Part shown: piece after piece, positions 48,875 through 58,679 of the stretch
Position numbering within the stretch: the first letter of the stretch is position 1
Layout of the letters: the number at the start of each line of letters is the position of its first letter
Assembly (NCBI GenBank): GCA_963842805.1
Contig: CAWJIA010000016.1
Span: forward strand, 83,075 to 147,074
DNA length: 64,000 nucleotides
Source of the DNA: an uncultured Chloroflexia bacterium
GTDB taxonomy: Bacteria; Chloroflexota; Dehalococcoidia; GIF9; UBA5629
Direction of reading: 5' to 3'
Translations under genes and position numbers: made by a program
Notes under the pieces: generated by a model
What the model was told of the DNA's origin: nothing
The model's input: only the letters and a program-made list of their open reading frames with translations
Database searches by the model: none

Positions 48875-51820
48875 TCATACGTTAAATATTTTTCTCAGAT
48901 CTTCAGAGACCCTCTCATATACTTTAGGCCGAATGCTCTCTGGGGATGAAAAGAATGTGCTCAGCATAGATCTAACGGTAAAAACCGATGTGGATGAATT
49001 AAATCGACCATATTTTTTCAAATTCTCCATCCAAATCTCCATTATCTCATGAGGGTTAGATGATGGGCTTGTATATTCTGTAATCTTCTGATTTAAAACG
49101 ACAACGACCTCATTGTTCTTGCCGCCCTCTAGGGGTTCAAAGTAATAATCACATTCACCTAGATCAGTTAACTGCCCTGTAGCCTCAGGTTTTTTTATCT
49201 CAGCAATAAGTCGTACGGGCAATAATTGATAAAAGTTTAATCTTTGCGCCAATTGTTTGAAATTTAAATCAACCATTTGAGCATAACTCTCTATAAAATA
49301 ATTAAAATATAGTTTAATATATTCAAGAAGTGTTTGATCATTATAAAATTGAGTAACCCACCCACCTATCTTAGGAATACGATCAGTTTCGGGCAAGAGC
49401 GGTGCTCCAATAGAAGTATAGCCGCTACTATTGAGTTGATTTAGTCTTCTAATTAGATCCGTTATATTGATTTGTCGCCCATTAATACTTAGTATGGCAA
49501 TATTTCCTGATATTTTCTTCCTTAATTCCTCTTTGAAGTGGTTTATTTCGATGGGGATAACTCCTGGTATATATTTATTCTTAACAAGAACTGCAACCTC
49601 AGATTGTGTTTGCTCGTAGATGAGGGTGGGTGGTTCATGAAGATGTTTATCCTGAATCACTCGTTCCAAGTCATTCCAAAGATCTGCCAGAGCCATTCTA
49701 TGGGCTCCCGAAGGACTAATATCATTTTTCGATAGCACCTTATGTGTAAATTTCTCCAATATTCCACGTTCGAATAGTATATCAGGTGGCTTCCATTGGG
49801 GAAGATCATCCAAAAATTTAATTTTAGTACCCAGTTTTTCCACTAGCGAATAGCCATATAAGAGATGCAAAATGCCTCCGTCACTTGAGAACTTTCCCAC
49901 TATCGCTAAATTCGATATTGGATCATGTGAATAAAATGGCATTAACTGGTTTGTTAAATTAGGAAGCCATCGTGAGACTATTTGTGATCTTGCATCCAAC
50001 ATGTCCTGCAGGATTATCTTGGTTAATGAATCATCGGATGCAACTGGAATAACCAATCCCGTCGATGGGCTCATCAAACATCTCGTGTATAAATATAGGT
50101 CATCTCTTAATACTTCGAAAAGCAACTTTCTCATTTCTGAACTATTATCAATAAGGCCATAAGTGAACATAACTACCTGTTCCCATGCTGAGTCTAGTAC
50201 AAATTCAGATATTGTTTGCCCTTTTCTTATCCTGTCAATTAGCAATTCGCTTGCGAAATATTCGCGAAAAGATGCGTGCCAGAATGTGTAACTATCTCCA
50301 TCTTTCCTAAGCATACCACTAGCAACCAATTCATCTAACAAATTGATGCTGGAGAAGTTAACAGACTCATGCTTTGTTATTTCACTAAGTTTAGAAACTA
50401 CATCGTTTTCTGAAATCGCATAATTGGATTTCAGTTGCATATGCACCGCCAACACAGCCAAAGCCCGTTTTTTCCAAAATGAGGCGATCAAGGCGCCCCT
50501 TGTTATTTCCCACTTACCAAATAGAAATTCTATATATTGCTTATAAACCTCCGATTTCGATGAAGGCTGCTGTCCTTCGGCATTAATTTTTGCAATAAAA
50601 CTCAGCATTAATGGATGTCTCATGAGATCATGAAAGGAGGAATCCCAGGAATAATATTTGGTGGAATTGAAGTTTTTACCAGAATATTCGCTAAGGTATT
50701 TTATGATATCGGCGTCTGATAGTGGTTCCATATAAACGCTTGAAAAGCCCAAGGCTGCGCTGCCGGTTTCAGATCGACATGTCACTATTATCTTGAGCGT
50801 CTTATAATCTTTGGCAATGGCCTGTATTTGCAAGACTTTTTTCGCCACTTCACTAGGCGATATTTCTTCGAGACCATCCAATAATAGAATTACTGTGTAA
50901 TTCTCAAATAAATTTCTAATCAAATCTTGATCGAATTCAAATCCTTGTCGCTTAAGAATATGTTCGATAAAAGAGAAAATGTTATTTTCCAACCAATCTT
51001 TCATGTCAAGATAAATTGGTATATATCCCGCTCTAGGGTCTTTTAATGAGCGCTCGGCGAATCTAGTAGCAAGCTTTAATAGCTCTGTCGTTTTGCCTGA
51101 TCCGGCTGGTCCTATAATCTTTACCTTTCCGTCTTTTGAAAGTACTTCATCGATTGATACCGGGGAGTCATTAAAATATTTCACCTTCATAGGTATGTAA
51201 TATTTGGATGCTTCTTCAGAAGTGGGCAACAGTTTCAAGTAGTGAATTATTACTTCATCAAGTCGTATTTTTGTTATCTTCAAAAGTTGCTGAGCATATT
51301 TTTCTAACTTTACGGCCAACCCCGGATCAGCTAGAAGCCTCATAACATGCGGATGGTCTTTCTGTAATTGATCGTTTTCAACTAGACGACGTATAAAATC
51401 ATCGAAAGATGAAGTAACTAAAGTATCCAATTCGCCAAGTGAGTTAAAATTGGCATATTTAAATCTGGTTTGGATGTCTTGAACTAGTTTTTGTAACTCA
51501 ATGCTCCTTACTGAATTCTTTAAAAAGGCAAATATAGGCTTATTAACTCTTATTGCCTCTGCATATTCCTGTTCAACGGCATTTGTGACATTTTCCCCAA
51601 GGAGTATTAGAAATAAATGACAATCGCGAACTCCACGAAGAAAATATTCCGAGGGCGGTAAATCAGAGGCAGGAGTATGCTCAAATGCCCAAGGCAATGT
51701 GGGGGAATAGTTCTTAACGATATTTATTACATAGGTCCTCTCAGCTTCCAGGTTTTCGGTATTCTTATCTTGAATTGAGCTTATGAATACTCGTATCTTT
51801 TCTTCAATATAAATCCCCAT
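48875..51820 (-). CDS. DUF4062 N-terminal domain + NACHT-type STAND NTPase (bacterial NLR-like defence candidate)
   Basis: The N-terminus IRVFISSIQDKNTENLEAER...CHLFLILLG...KPIFAF matches DUF4062. The Walker A is KIIGPAGSGKTT, the Walker B is VILLLDGLEE, and the sensor TCR is IIVTCRSE. At 981 aa the gene sits in a low-GC islet. Confidence 0.7.
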   Translation of the reverse strand: MGIYIEEKIRVFISSIQDKNTENLEAERTYVINIVKNYSPTLPWAFEHTPASDLPPSEYFLRGVRDCHLFLILLGENVTNAVEQEYAEAIRVNKPIFAFLKNSVRSIELQKLVQDIQTRFKYANFNSLGELDTLVTSSFDDFIRRLVENDQLQKDHPHVMRLLADPGLAVKLEKYAQQLLKITKIRLDEVIIHYLKLLPTSEEASKYYIPMKVKYFNDSPVSIDEVLSKDGKVKIIGPAGSGKTTELLKLATRFAERSLKDPRAGYIPIYLDMKDWLENNIFSFIEHILKRQGFEFDQDLIRNLFENYTVILLLDGLEEISPSEVAKKVLQIQAIAKDYKTLKIIVTCRSETGSAALGFSSVYMEPLSDADIIKYLSEYSGKNFNSTKYYSWDSSFHDLMRHPLMLSFIAKINAEGQQPSSKSEVYKQYIEFLFGKWEITRGALIASFWKKRALAVLAVHMQLKSNYAISENDVVSKLSEITKHESVNFSSINLLDELVASGMLRKDGDSYTFWHASFREYFASELLIDRIRKGQTISEFVLDSAWEQVVMFTYGLIDNSSEMRKLLFEVLRDDLYLYTRCLMSPSTGLVIPVASDDSLTKIILQDMLDARSQIVSRWLPNLTNQLMPFYSHDPISNLAIVGKFSSDGGILHLLYGYSLVEKLGTKIKFLDDLPQWKPPDILFERGILEKFTHKVLSKNDISPSGAHRMALADLWNDLERVIQDKHLHEPPTLIYEQTQSEVAVLVKNKYIPGVIPIEINHFKEELRKKISGNIAILSINGRQINITDLIRRLNQLNSSGYTSIGAPLLPETDRIPKIGGWVTQFYNDQTLLEYIKLYFNYFIESYAQMVDLNFKQLAQRLNFYQLLPVRLIAEIKKPEATGQLTDLGECDYYFEPLEGGKNNEVVVVLNQKITEYTSPSSNPHEIMEIWMENLKKYGRFNSSTSVFTVRSMLSTFFSSPESIRPKVYERVSEDLRKIFNV

Positions 51821-51880
51821 TCGCCATTCTCCGCACTTTCCGGATGGATTTCCCCAATTACATAAAATATCCTAAAATTA

Positions 51881-52426
51881 TTACTTATTTCCGTACCATG
51901 TATTTGCGAGTTCTCTAATGAAGCCAAGATATCTTAGCGCATCGTTCTGCAAAACATTCCCCGTATTTGCTAAATAGAGATTAGCAGTTATCGCTTCATC
52001 TAAATTTTTATAGCATTTTTGGGAAATTGAAGATAGCTTGTCAGCATTAGCGTGTGAAATGGCATTCCGCAACTTGCGTAAGTTCGTAATGGCAGAATGC
52101 TGTTGCCGAGTGATCAATTGCTGTGTATAAGAAAGGCTTGCCTTTGCTGCCAAATTCGCCGATTCTATTGACTTATTCTCGGTTTTACCACAACTTCTCA
52201 GTTTGTCCATTAATATTATTTCCAAAATGCTCTCACACCAAAGCAATACACTCAAAAAATATCCATCAATATAAAGTTGCACAGCCTCGGTATAGTATTC
52301 CCATAATAATTTAGGTAATGTTCCAGTAAATGAAATCGATTTTAGTTGTCTTCGTCTGAGGGCTCTATTTTCAAGTGTATCTTTGTCTTTCTGTCTCAGA
52401 TAGTCAAGATATTCTTCGTGTTTCAT
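51881..52426 (-). CDS. HEPN-motif protein (predicted RNase), operon-upstream of the STAND NTPase
   Basis: RKLRNAISHAN carries an R-x4-H HEPN motif in a predicted all-helical 181-aa protein. It lies 60 nt upstream of the NACHT gene on the same strand. Confidence 0.45.
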   Translation of the reverse strand: MKHEEYLDYLRQKDKDTLENRALRRRQLKSISFTGTLPKLLWEYYTEAVQLYIDGYFLSVLLWCESILEIILMDKLRSCGKTENKSIESANLAAKASLSYTQQLITRQQHSAITNLRKLRNAISHANADKLSSISQKCYKNLDEAITANLYLANTGNVLQNDALRYLGFIRELANTWYGNK

Positions 52427-52570
52427 ATCTTACATATATTTTATGCATAGCAGAGAACTCAGGTCCATATACTCAAAATACCATAAATTTCAAATTAATG
52501 GGAGAATAAATGAAACTCTATCAAGCTATTATTACTCAAGCAAATTGAAGTATGGTGAAATTGGAGGTAT

Positions 52571-53302
52571 GTGATGAAATATACCGATGGATGGTTTGGT
52601 GTTTTATCAAAATCAGCTCTTATTAACTTAAATGATTATTATCAACAAAGTGAATCTCTACTAGAATCCGCCAAAAATACTAGCTTGTCTAGAATTGAAG
52701 AACAAGTAAATAGGATGAGAAAAGAGCGAAACCTAACCGAAGATGATTTATGGGGAGAACGTGAAGCATTAATTGCCGCGGATCACGAAGTATCTTATAA
52801 CATTTTTTTCCCCAACTTATTTAGGTACTCCATTATTATTCTAGTCACCGTAATTTTAGAGGATCATTTAAATAAATTGTCATGGACTCTATATAAACTT
52901 AAAGCGAATGAACTACCATCTCCAAATCCCACAGGTGATACCATTAAAGATTGTAAAGCTTATATCAACAAATTTAACTTGTCTTATGACCAATCTATTT
53001 GGGAGTTTGTAGATGATCTTATTTGTATTCGGAATTGCATTGTTCATGCATCAGGCGATGTGTCGCGTCGAAACCCCGATCAAGAATCGCAACTTAATGA
53101 TATTTCTAAGAAGAATATCGGCGTAAGTATAAAGGATAGTAGATATACTCATCTATATTTGGATGACGATACGATCATTATCGAACCACGTTACTGTGAA
53201 TGTATAATTCGCGACGTTACAATTCTTTTTGAAACACTCTGCAAAGCGGCCAATTTGCCTACTGGGATCAAGGTCGACTTTCATAACAATGAATCGAACT
53301 AG
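52571..53302 (+). CDS. HEPN-motif protein (second, divergent), divergently transcribed from the STAND operon
   Basis: ICIRNCIVHASGD is an R-x4-H motif with the typical RN...H form. The protein is 243 aa. Confidence 0.45.
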   Translation: MMKYTDGWFGVLSKSALINLNDYYQQSESLLESAKNTSLSRIEEQVNRMRKERNLTEDDLWGEREALIAADHEVSYNIFFPNLFRYSIIILVTVILEDHLNKLSWTLYKLKANELPSPNPTGDTIKDCKAYINKFNLSYDQSIWEFVDDLICIRNCIVHASGDVSRRNPDQESQLNDISKKNIGVSIKDSRYTHLYLDDDTIIIEPRYCECIIRDVTILFETLCKAANLPTGIKVDFHNNESN

Positions 53303-53332
53303 AGACTAATCAAGAATCCGTAGCTTTTATGC

Positions 53333-53455
53333 TCCCCACCCTTTTAAGCTAATCTTCCTGTGTATTTAACAAGCCTGGGCAAAATACTCCTCATCTTCGG
53401 CGGCGTTATCATCGTGGTTGGGTTGCTGTTCATCTTCGCATAGCACATACCTCTT
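53333..53455 (+). pseudogene. degenerate copy of the upstream region and 5' end of the DUF2905 gene (intact copy at 57335-57460)
   Basis: About 85% identity over ~115 nt (aagccttggtaaaatactcctcatcttcggcggcgt.atcat.gtggt.gggctgct.ttc.tcttcgca). An in-frame TAG replaces CAG. Confidence 0.6.
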
Positions 53456-53464
53456 ATATAGCAA

Positions 53465-53490
53465 GCAGCCGGGCGAAGGCCCGGCTGCTA
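53465..53490. terminator. GC-rich hairpin (10-bp stem, GAAG loop), likely terminator for hbd and/or islet boundary
   Basis: GCAGCCGGGC-GAAG-GCCCGGCTGC, followed on the plus strand by TAGATTTTCAAATT. Confidence 0.5.
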
Positions 53491-53530
53491 GATTTTCAAA
53501 TTCGATCGGTAGTTGAAGCGCGTCTAAGCT

Positions 53531-54703
53531 TTACAGCGTGATCGCTCCTTTTTTGAGCATCTTGGTGGGCTGGAACCATTTGATACCTGTCTTCTTGGCT
53601 ATGGCCTCGCACCTCTCGGCCACCTTGTCCCAACCCATCTGTTTGCCCAGCGCAAACGGGCCTGTAGGCCTGCCGCTACCATATATCATAGCCATATCTA
53701 TCTCGGCCGCGCTCTTGGCTACGCCCTGCTCCAGCAGCTTGGTACCCTCATTCACCTGGATGCCCATCATGTCCGCCAGGTCGAGGTTCGGCTCCGTCTT
53801 GGTCAGGTCGATGTTGGGCCTGTTGCCGCCCGGCCACTCGAAATTGCCTTTGCCAGTCTTCTTGCCCAACTCGCCGGCCTCAACCTTCTTGAGCAGCCAG
53901 GGCCGCGGAGCGAAGTCCTTAGTCAAAGTTGCAGCATAATACTTTCCACCATTGACGGATATATCCAGCCCGGAGTAGTCCATCGTCTCGAAGGGGCCCA
54001 TCGGCGCACCCGTTGACCTGACCTTGGCATCCACGCCCTCGGGGTCAACCAGGCCCTTATCCCTCAGCCAGGAGAGATACATGGCTGAAGGCGCATTCAT
54101 GCGGTTGAAGATGAAGCCAGGAGTATCCTTCTCAACCCTGACAACCACCATCGGCCCCCTGAAGTTCTTCCAGCCTTTCACCAGGTCGTAAGCCACGTTC
54201 ATTGTTTCGTCCGACGTCTTGTTGCCGCGGATCACTTCGACCAGGGCCATCATGGCCGGCGGATTGAAGAAGTGCACGCCGCAGACCTTATCCTGGCGCT
54301 TGGTGGCCGAGCCGATCTTGGTTATGCTCATGGTAGAGGTATTCGAGGCCAGTATGGCATGTTTGGGAGCCGCCTCGTCCATCTCCTTGAAGATCTTCTG
54401 CTTCAGGTCCAGTATCTCGGGCGCCGCCTCGATGGCGAAGTCCGCGTCTTTCACGGCATCATTGAGCACCGTGAAGCCCTTAATGCTGCCCATGATTTTG
54501 TCCATGGCGTCCTGCGTCATCTTCTGCTTCGAGACCTGCTTGCCCACGCTGTCCTTGATTTTTCCGATTCCCTTATCCACGAATTCCTGCTTGATATCAT
54601 AGAGGTTAACCTTGTATCCGGCCATGGCCGCCAGTTCGCCTATCCCATGGCCCATGTCGCCTGCGCCGATGATGGCGACAGTCTTGACTTCTTCAATCTT
54701 CAT
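53531..54703 (-). CDS. 3-hydroxyacyl-CoA dehydrogenase (NAD-binding plus C-terminal domain)
   Basis: VKTVAIIGAGDMGHGIGELAAMAGYKVNLYDI is the Rossmann motif, with the HFFNPP motif downstream. Confidence 0.8.
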   Translation of the reverse strand: MKIEEVKTVAIIGAGDMGHGIGELAAMAGYKVNLYDIKQEFVDKGIGKIKDSVGKQVSKQKMTQDAMDKIMGSIKGFTVLNDAVKDADFAIEAAPEILDLKQKIFKEMDEAAPKHAILASNTSTMSITKIGSATKRQDKVCGVHFFNPPAMMALVEVIRGNKTSDETMNVAYDLVKGWKNFRGPMVVVRVEKDTPGFIFNRMNAPSAMYLSWLRDKGLVDPEGVDAKVRSTGAPMGPFETMDYSGLDISVNGGKYYAATLTKDFAPRPWLLKKVEAGELGKKTGKGNFEWPGGNRPNIDLTKTEPNLDLADMMGIQVNEGTKLLEQGVAKSAAEIDMAMIYGSGRPTGPFALGKQMGWDKVAERCEAIAKKTGIKWFQPTKMLKKGAITL

Positions 54704-54920
54704 TTGATCAACTCTCCTTTAAAGTTTTTCTTTGCTCCAGCGAAGCATTATAGCAGGGAACGGCGCTCCGTTGAAGCGGCTGACCTAAATTATTTCCTGA
54801 AAATAGTTCTACCGACCCGCGTAATGCCCGATTACTCACATGCATTCTACGCACGGCCACACCTTTAATTTCAATTAAAGGCCTTGCTATGATAAAGTAA
54901 ATTGGTACAGGAGGCACAGC

Positions 54921-57287
54921 ATGCTTAAAAGCGGGATAACAGCGGTGGAGCAGCCGGGCTCGGCAAGGTTCGGCCGCATAAAGAAAGAACTGCTGTCCAC
55001 CGATGTATATCTTTGCCCCGAGCGGGCCTCCCTGGTCACTGATTTCTTCAAACAACATGACGATCCGCGCAAACCTATGGCCGTGCGCAGGGCCGAAGCC
55101 CTCAGATACATCCTGGAAAATAAGACCGTGCGCGTTTACCCAGACGAGCTTATCGCCGGCAACATCGGGAGCCACAGGATATCGGCGCTGATTCAACCGG
55201 AGCTGGCGGGTGTCTTCATGGGCACCGAGCTGCTCACCATTGACCGCCGAAAAACCACGCCGCTCCAATGCTCCTGGGGGGACCGCCTGAAGCTGCTGTT
55301 CGGAGTATTTCCCTACTGGCTTACACGCAACATGGCCTTCAAGGCATTTATGCCAGACACAAGCAGGCTGCTGCGCTACGTGGCTGACCAGCTTGACGCA
55401 CGCTATTACCTGATTAACGAGGCTGGCGGCATAGGGCATTTCCTCCCCAATTACGAGAAGATGCTCAACCTCGGCGTCAAAGGGTATCTTGATCTTTTCA
55501 CTGACAAGGATGGACCGCTTTACGATGCTGCCCGCATCGCCTGCGAGGGCGTGGTGCGCTTCGCAAACAGGACGGCGGAAGAGGCGGAGCGCCTGGCCCG
55601 TGAAGAAAAGGCGCCCGGGAGGTACCTGGAGCTCAAGGAGGTAGAGCGCATCTGCCGCAAGGTGCCGCAGGAACCGGCCGGCACCTTCCATGAGGCTCTT
55701 CAGTCCTTATGGTTTACCCATCTGGCAATTTGCCTGGAAAGCCTGAATTCTGCCATTTCTTTCGGCAGGATCGACCAGTATCTGTACCCTTTCTATAAAC
55801 GTGACATCGAGAACGGAACGCTGACAAGGGAAGGGGCACTCGACCTGCTGCTGTGCTTCACGGCCAAGTGCGCAGAGCACGTATTCCTGATGTCCGAGAA
55901 GCTGAGCCAGTATCACGGGGGCTACCTGGTTGTGCAGGCGGCGGTGATCGGTGGCACGGACGGCCAGGGCAATGACGCAGTCAACGACCTGTCGTACCTC
56001 TTCCTCGATGTTATGGAGCAGGCCGGGCTGCGAGACCCTAACTACCAGGCACGCGTGCACCGGGGCTCATCTGAGCCGTTCTTGAGACGGGCCCTCGATG
56101 TGGTCAAGAAGGGAAACGGTGTGCCCGCCCTGTTTAGTGACGAGGCTTGTGTAAAGTCGCTGATTGCCCACGGCTATCCGGAGGCGGAGGCCCGCAACTA
56201 CGGGGTGGTCGGCTGCGTAGAGCTGGCCCTGCCCGGAAAGAGCTTTTTCTCAACAGACGCCGGGCTGTTCAACCTCCCGATGTGCCTTGAGCTGGCGCTC
56301 AACAGGGGCCGGAGAATGAAGGGAGGGCACCGCGTCGGAGCGGACACACCCGGCCCGGAGAACTTCAAGAATATCGGAGACGTGATCGAAGCTTTCAGGA
56401 TGCAGGTCAATCATATGATAGGGCTTATGATCAACGATCTGCATGTCATAGAGAAGGGCAATGCACTGTACCACCCAACGCCATTGTCATCGATGCTGGT
56501 GGACGGTTGTCTGGAATCAGGCAAGGACGTCAGCGAGGGCGGTGCACTCTACAACTCCAGCGGTATCCAGGGCGTCGGCGTGGCAGACGTAGCCGATTCT
56601 CTGGCAGCCCTCGAGACGGTGGTCTTTGTGCAACGCCGCTACTCTATGTCTCAGGTCCTCAAAGCGCTCAAAAGCAATTTCGAAGGGTACTCCGTCATGC
56701 GGGCTGAGCTTAATCGCTCACCCAAATTCGGCAACAACGACCCGCTGCCGGACGGCTACGCCGGCATCGTCGCCGGCATTTTTCACACAGTCCTGGCCGG
56801 CCATCAAAATAAGCGCAGCGGTCCATATGTGCCCGGCTATTATACAGTCACCTGCCATGTAGCTTTCGGCAGGCACACGGCGGCGCTGCCCAGCGGCAGG
56901 CGGGCAGGCGAACCATTTGCCCCCGGCCTCGGCCCAGGCAATGGGTGCGACCACCTCGGCCCGACAGCGGTGATGAACTCCACTGCGAGCGTGGATGCCG
57001 GCCTAGCGCCCAACGGGTATGCTTTGAACCTGCGCTTCGATCCGGCGACGGTGGCCGGTGAGAAAGGGACCGATATACTCACGGCGTTGACAAAGGGCTT
57101 CTTCGAGTCGGGCGGGATGGAGGTGCAGTTCAACGTGCTCGACCCCCAGATGCTTGAAGACGCCCGACAGCATCCCGGTAAGTACCCCGGGCTTGTCGTT
57201 AGGGTATCCGGCTACTGTGCATACTTCGACGATTTGCCGGATGCCGCCAAGGGCGAGATCATCGCACGCACACGCTTCACGCTGTAG
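54921..57287 (+). CDS. glycyl radical enzyme, PFL2/dehydratase-type
   Basis: The C-terminal VVRVSGYCAYFDDL is the RVSGY glycyl-radical motif. The catalytic VGCVE is the Cys/Glu motif of the PFL2-type family. The protein is 788 aa. Confidence 0.85.
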   Translation: MLKSGITAVEQPGSARFGRIKKELLSTDVYLCPERASLVTDFFKQHDDPRKPMAVRRAEALRYILENKTVRVYPDELIAGNIGSHRISALIQPELAGVFMGTELLTIDRRKTTPLQCSWGDRLKLLFGVFPYWLTRNMAFKAFMPDTSRLLRYVADQLDARYYLINEAGGIGHFLPNYEKMLNLGVKGYLDLFTDKDGPLYDAARIACEGVVRFANRTAEEAERLAREEKAPGRYLELKEVERICRKVPQEPAGTFHEALQSLWFTHLAICLESLNSAISFGRIDQYLYPFYKRDIENGTLTREGALDLLLCFTAKCAEHVFLMSEKLSQYHGGYLVVQAAVIGGTDGQGNDAVNDLSYLFLDVMEQAGLRDPNYQARVHRGSSEPFLRRALDVVKKGNGVPALFSDEACVKSLIAHGYPEAEARNYGVVGCVELALPGKSFFSTDAGLFNLPMCLELALNRGRRMKGGHRVGADTPGPENFKNIGDVIEAFRMQVNHMIGLMINDLHVIEKGNALYHPTPLSSMLVDGCLESGKDVSEGGALYNSSGIQGVGVADVADSLAALETVVFVQRRYSMSQVLKALKSNFEGYSVMRAELNRSPKFGNNDPLPDGYAGIVAGIFHTVLAGHQNKRSGPYVPGYYTVTCHVAFGRHTAALPSGRRAGEPFAPGLGPGNGCDHLGPTAVMNSTASVDAGLAPNGYALNLRFDPATVAGEKGTDILTALTKGFFESGGMEVQFNVLDPQMLEDARQHPGKYPGLVVRVSGYCAYFDDLPDAAKGEIIARTRFTL

Positions 57288-57368
57288 ATGACGTGTACGA
57301 CGGCAATAGGGACCTCATCAAATGTCATCCCTTTTGTACTCGCCCAGCCCTTAAGCTAAAATCTTGCT

Positions 57369-57599
57369 GTGGATATGGCAAGCCTTGGTAAAATACTCCT
57401 CATCTTCGGCGGCGTAATCATAGTGGTCGGGCTGCTATTCGTCTTCGCACAGCACATCCCCTTCTTCGGCAAGCTGCCGGGAGATATATTTATCAAGAAG
57501 GACAATTTCTCGTTTTATTTCCCTATAGTTACCTTCCTCATCATCAGCATCGTGCTCACCATCATCATTAACGTGATCATACATTTCCTCAACAGATAA
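57369..57599 (+). CDS. DUF2905-family small membrane protein
   Basis: KILLIFGGVIIVVGLLFVFAQHIPFFGKLPGDIFIKKDNFSFYFPI is the characteristic DUF2905 sequence. Confidence 0.6.
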   Translation: MDMASLGKILLIFGGVIIVVGLLFVFAQHIPFFGKLPGDIFIKKDNFSFYFPIVTFLIISIVLTIIINVIIHFLNR

Positions 57600-57604
57600 C
57601 CCCT

Positions 57605-58612
57605 ATGAAGCTCTCCGATTTTGACTACAACCTGCCGCCCGAATACATAGCCCAGCATCCGTTGCAGCAAAGGGACCACTCCAGGTTGATGGTTATAGAC
57701 CGTAAATCAGGCACCATTGAGCACCGCCATTTCTATGACCTTACAGATTATGTCAACAGCGGTGATACGCTGGTTTTCAACAACAGCCGGGTCATCCCCG
57801 CCCGCCTCAAAGGGTCCATAGCGGGCAGCCAGAGGCACGCCGAAATACTCCTGCTCAAACAGCTCACGCCTGACACCTGGGAGGCGCTGGTGAGGCCGGG
57901 CCGCAAATTGTTTCCAGGCTCCAGGGTTTTGCTTGCAGGAGAGCAATTCGCCGCGATTACAGAGAAGCGGGAAGCAGGAATCAGGGTCGTAAAGTTCTCC
58001 GACCCCGAAGGGCTGGACAGCCTGGGCGAAATGCCTCTACCACCCTACATTAAGGCCAAGCTGCAGGACCGGGAACGCTATCAGACGGTCTATTCGTCAA
58101 TTAAAGGCAGCGCCGCTGCGCCCACTGCCGGGCTGCACTTCATCCCTGAGCTGCTGGATAAGCTGCGCAATAAAGGCGTTAACCTGGCCTTCGTCACCCT
58201 GCATATCGGGCTGGATACCTTCCAGCCGGTTAGGGCTGAAGACCCGTCGCATCATAAAATCCACACTGAATTCGGCCTGGTTGATGAGGGGACAGCGCTG
58301 CTGCTGATCAGGACCCGGAAGGCGGGAAAACGCGTCATCGCAGTCGGGACCACCTCAGTGCGTTTGATCGAAGCGGCTTCCCAGGCGGGAGAGGTCCTGC
58401 CGTTCTGCGGCCAGGTAGGCCTCTTCATATTGCCCGGCTACCGCTTCATAACCACCGATGCCATCATAACCAATTTTCATCTGCCCAGGTCGACGCTGCT
58501 CATGATGCTCTCGGCCTTTGCAGGACGCGAATTTCTGCTGGATTGCTATGAAAAAGCCAGGGAAACGGGCTACCGCTTTTATAGCTTTGGCGATGCCATG
58601 CTGGTAAAATAA
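57605..58612 (+). CDS. queA: S-adenosylmethionine:tRNA ribosyltransferase-isomerase
   Basis: MKLSDFDYNLPPEYIAQHPLQQRDHSRLMV is the canonical QueA N-terminus. Confidence 0.85.
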   Translation: MKLSDFDYNLPPEYIAQHPLQQRDHSRLMVIDRKSGTIEHRHFYDLTDYVNSGDTLVFNNSRVIPARLKGSIAGSQRHAEILLLKQLTPDTWEALVRPGRKLFPGSRVLLAGEQFAAITEKREAGIRVVKFSDPEGLDSLGEMPLPPYIKAKLQDRERYQTVYSSIKGSAAAPTAGLHFIPELLDKLRNKGVNLAFVTLHIGLDTFQPVRAEDPSHHKIHTEFGLVDEGTALLLIRTRKAGKRVIAVGTTSVRLIEAASQAGEVLPFCGQVGLFILPGYRFITTDAIITNFHLPRSTLLMMLSAFAGREFLLDCYEKARETGYRFYSFGDAMLVK

Positions 58613-58679
58613 GGAAACGCCGCCTCTTTGACAATCATATCCGCAAATTCGTAAAATTCTCTATCTACCCAATAAATAA

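Noticed and set aside
54708-55691. 327-aa ORF antisense to the 5' part of the glycyl radical enzyme gene
   Set aside because: Shadow ORF opposite a gene with clear family motifs. I hoped it might be the GRE activase, but it has no CxxxCxxC radical-SAM motif.
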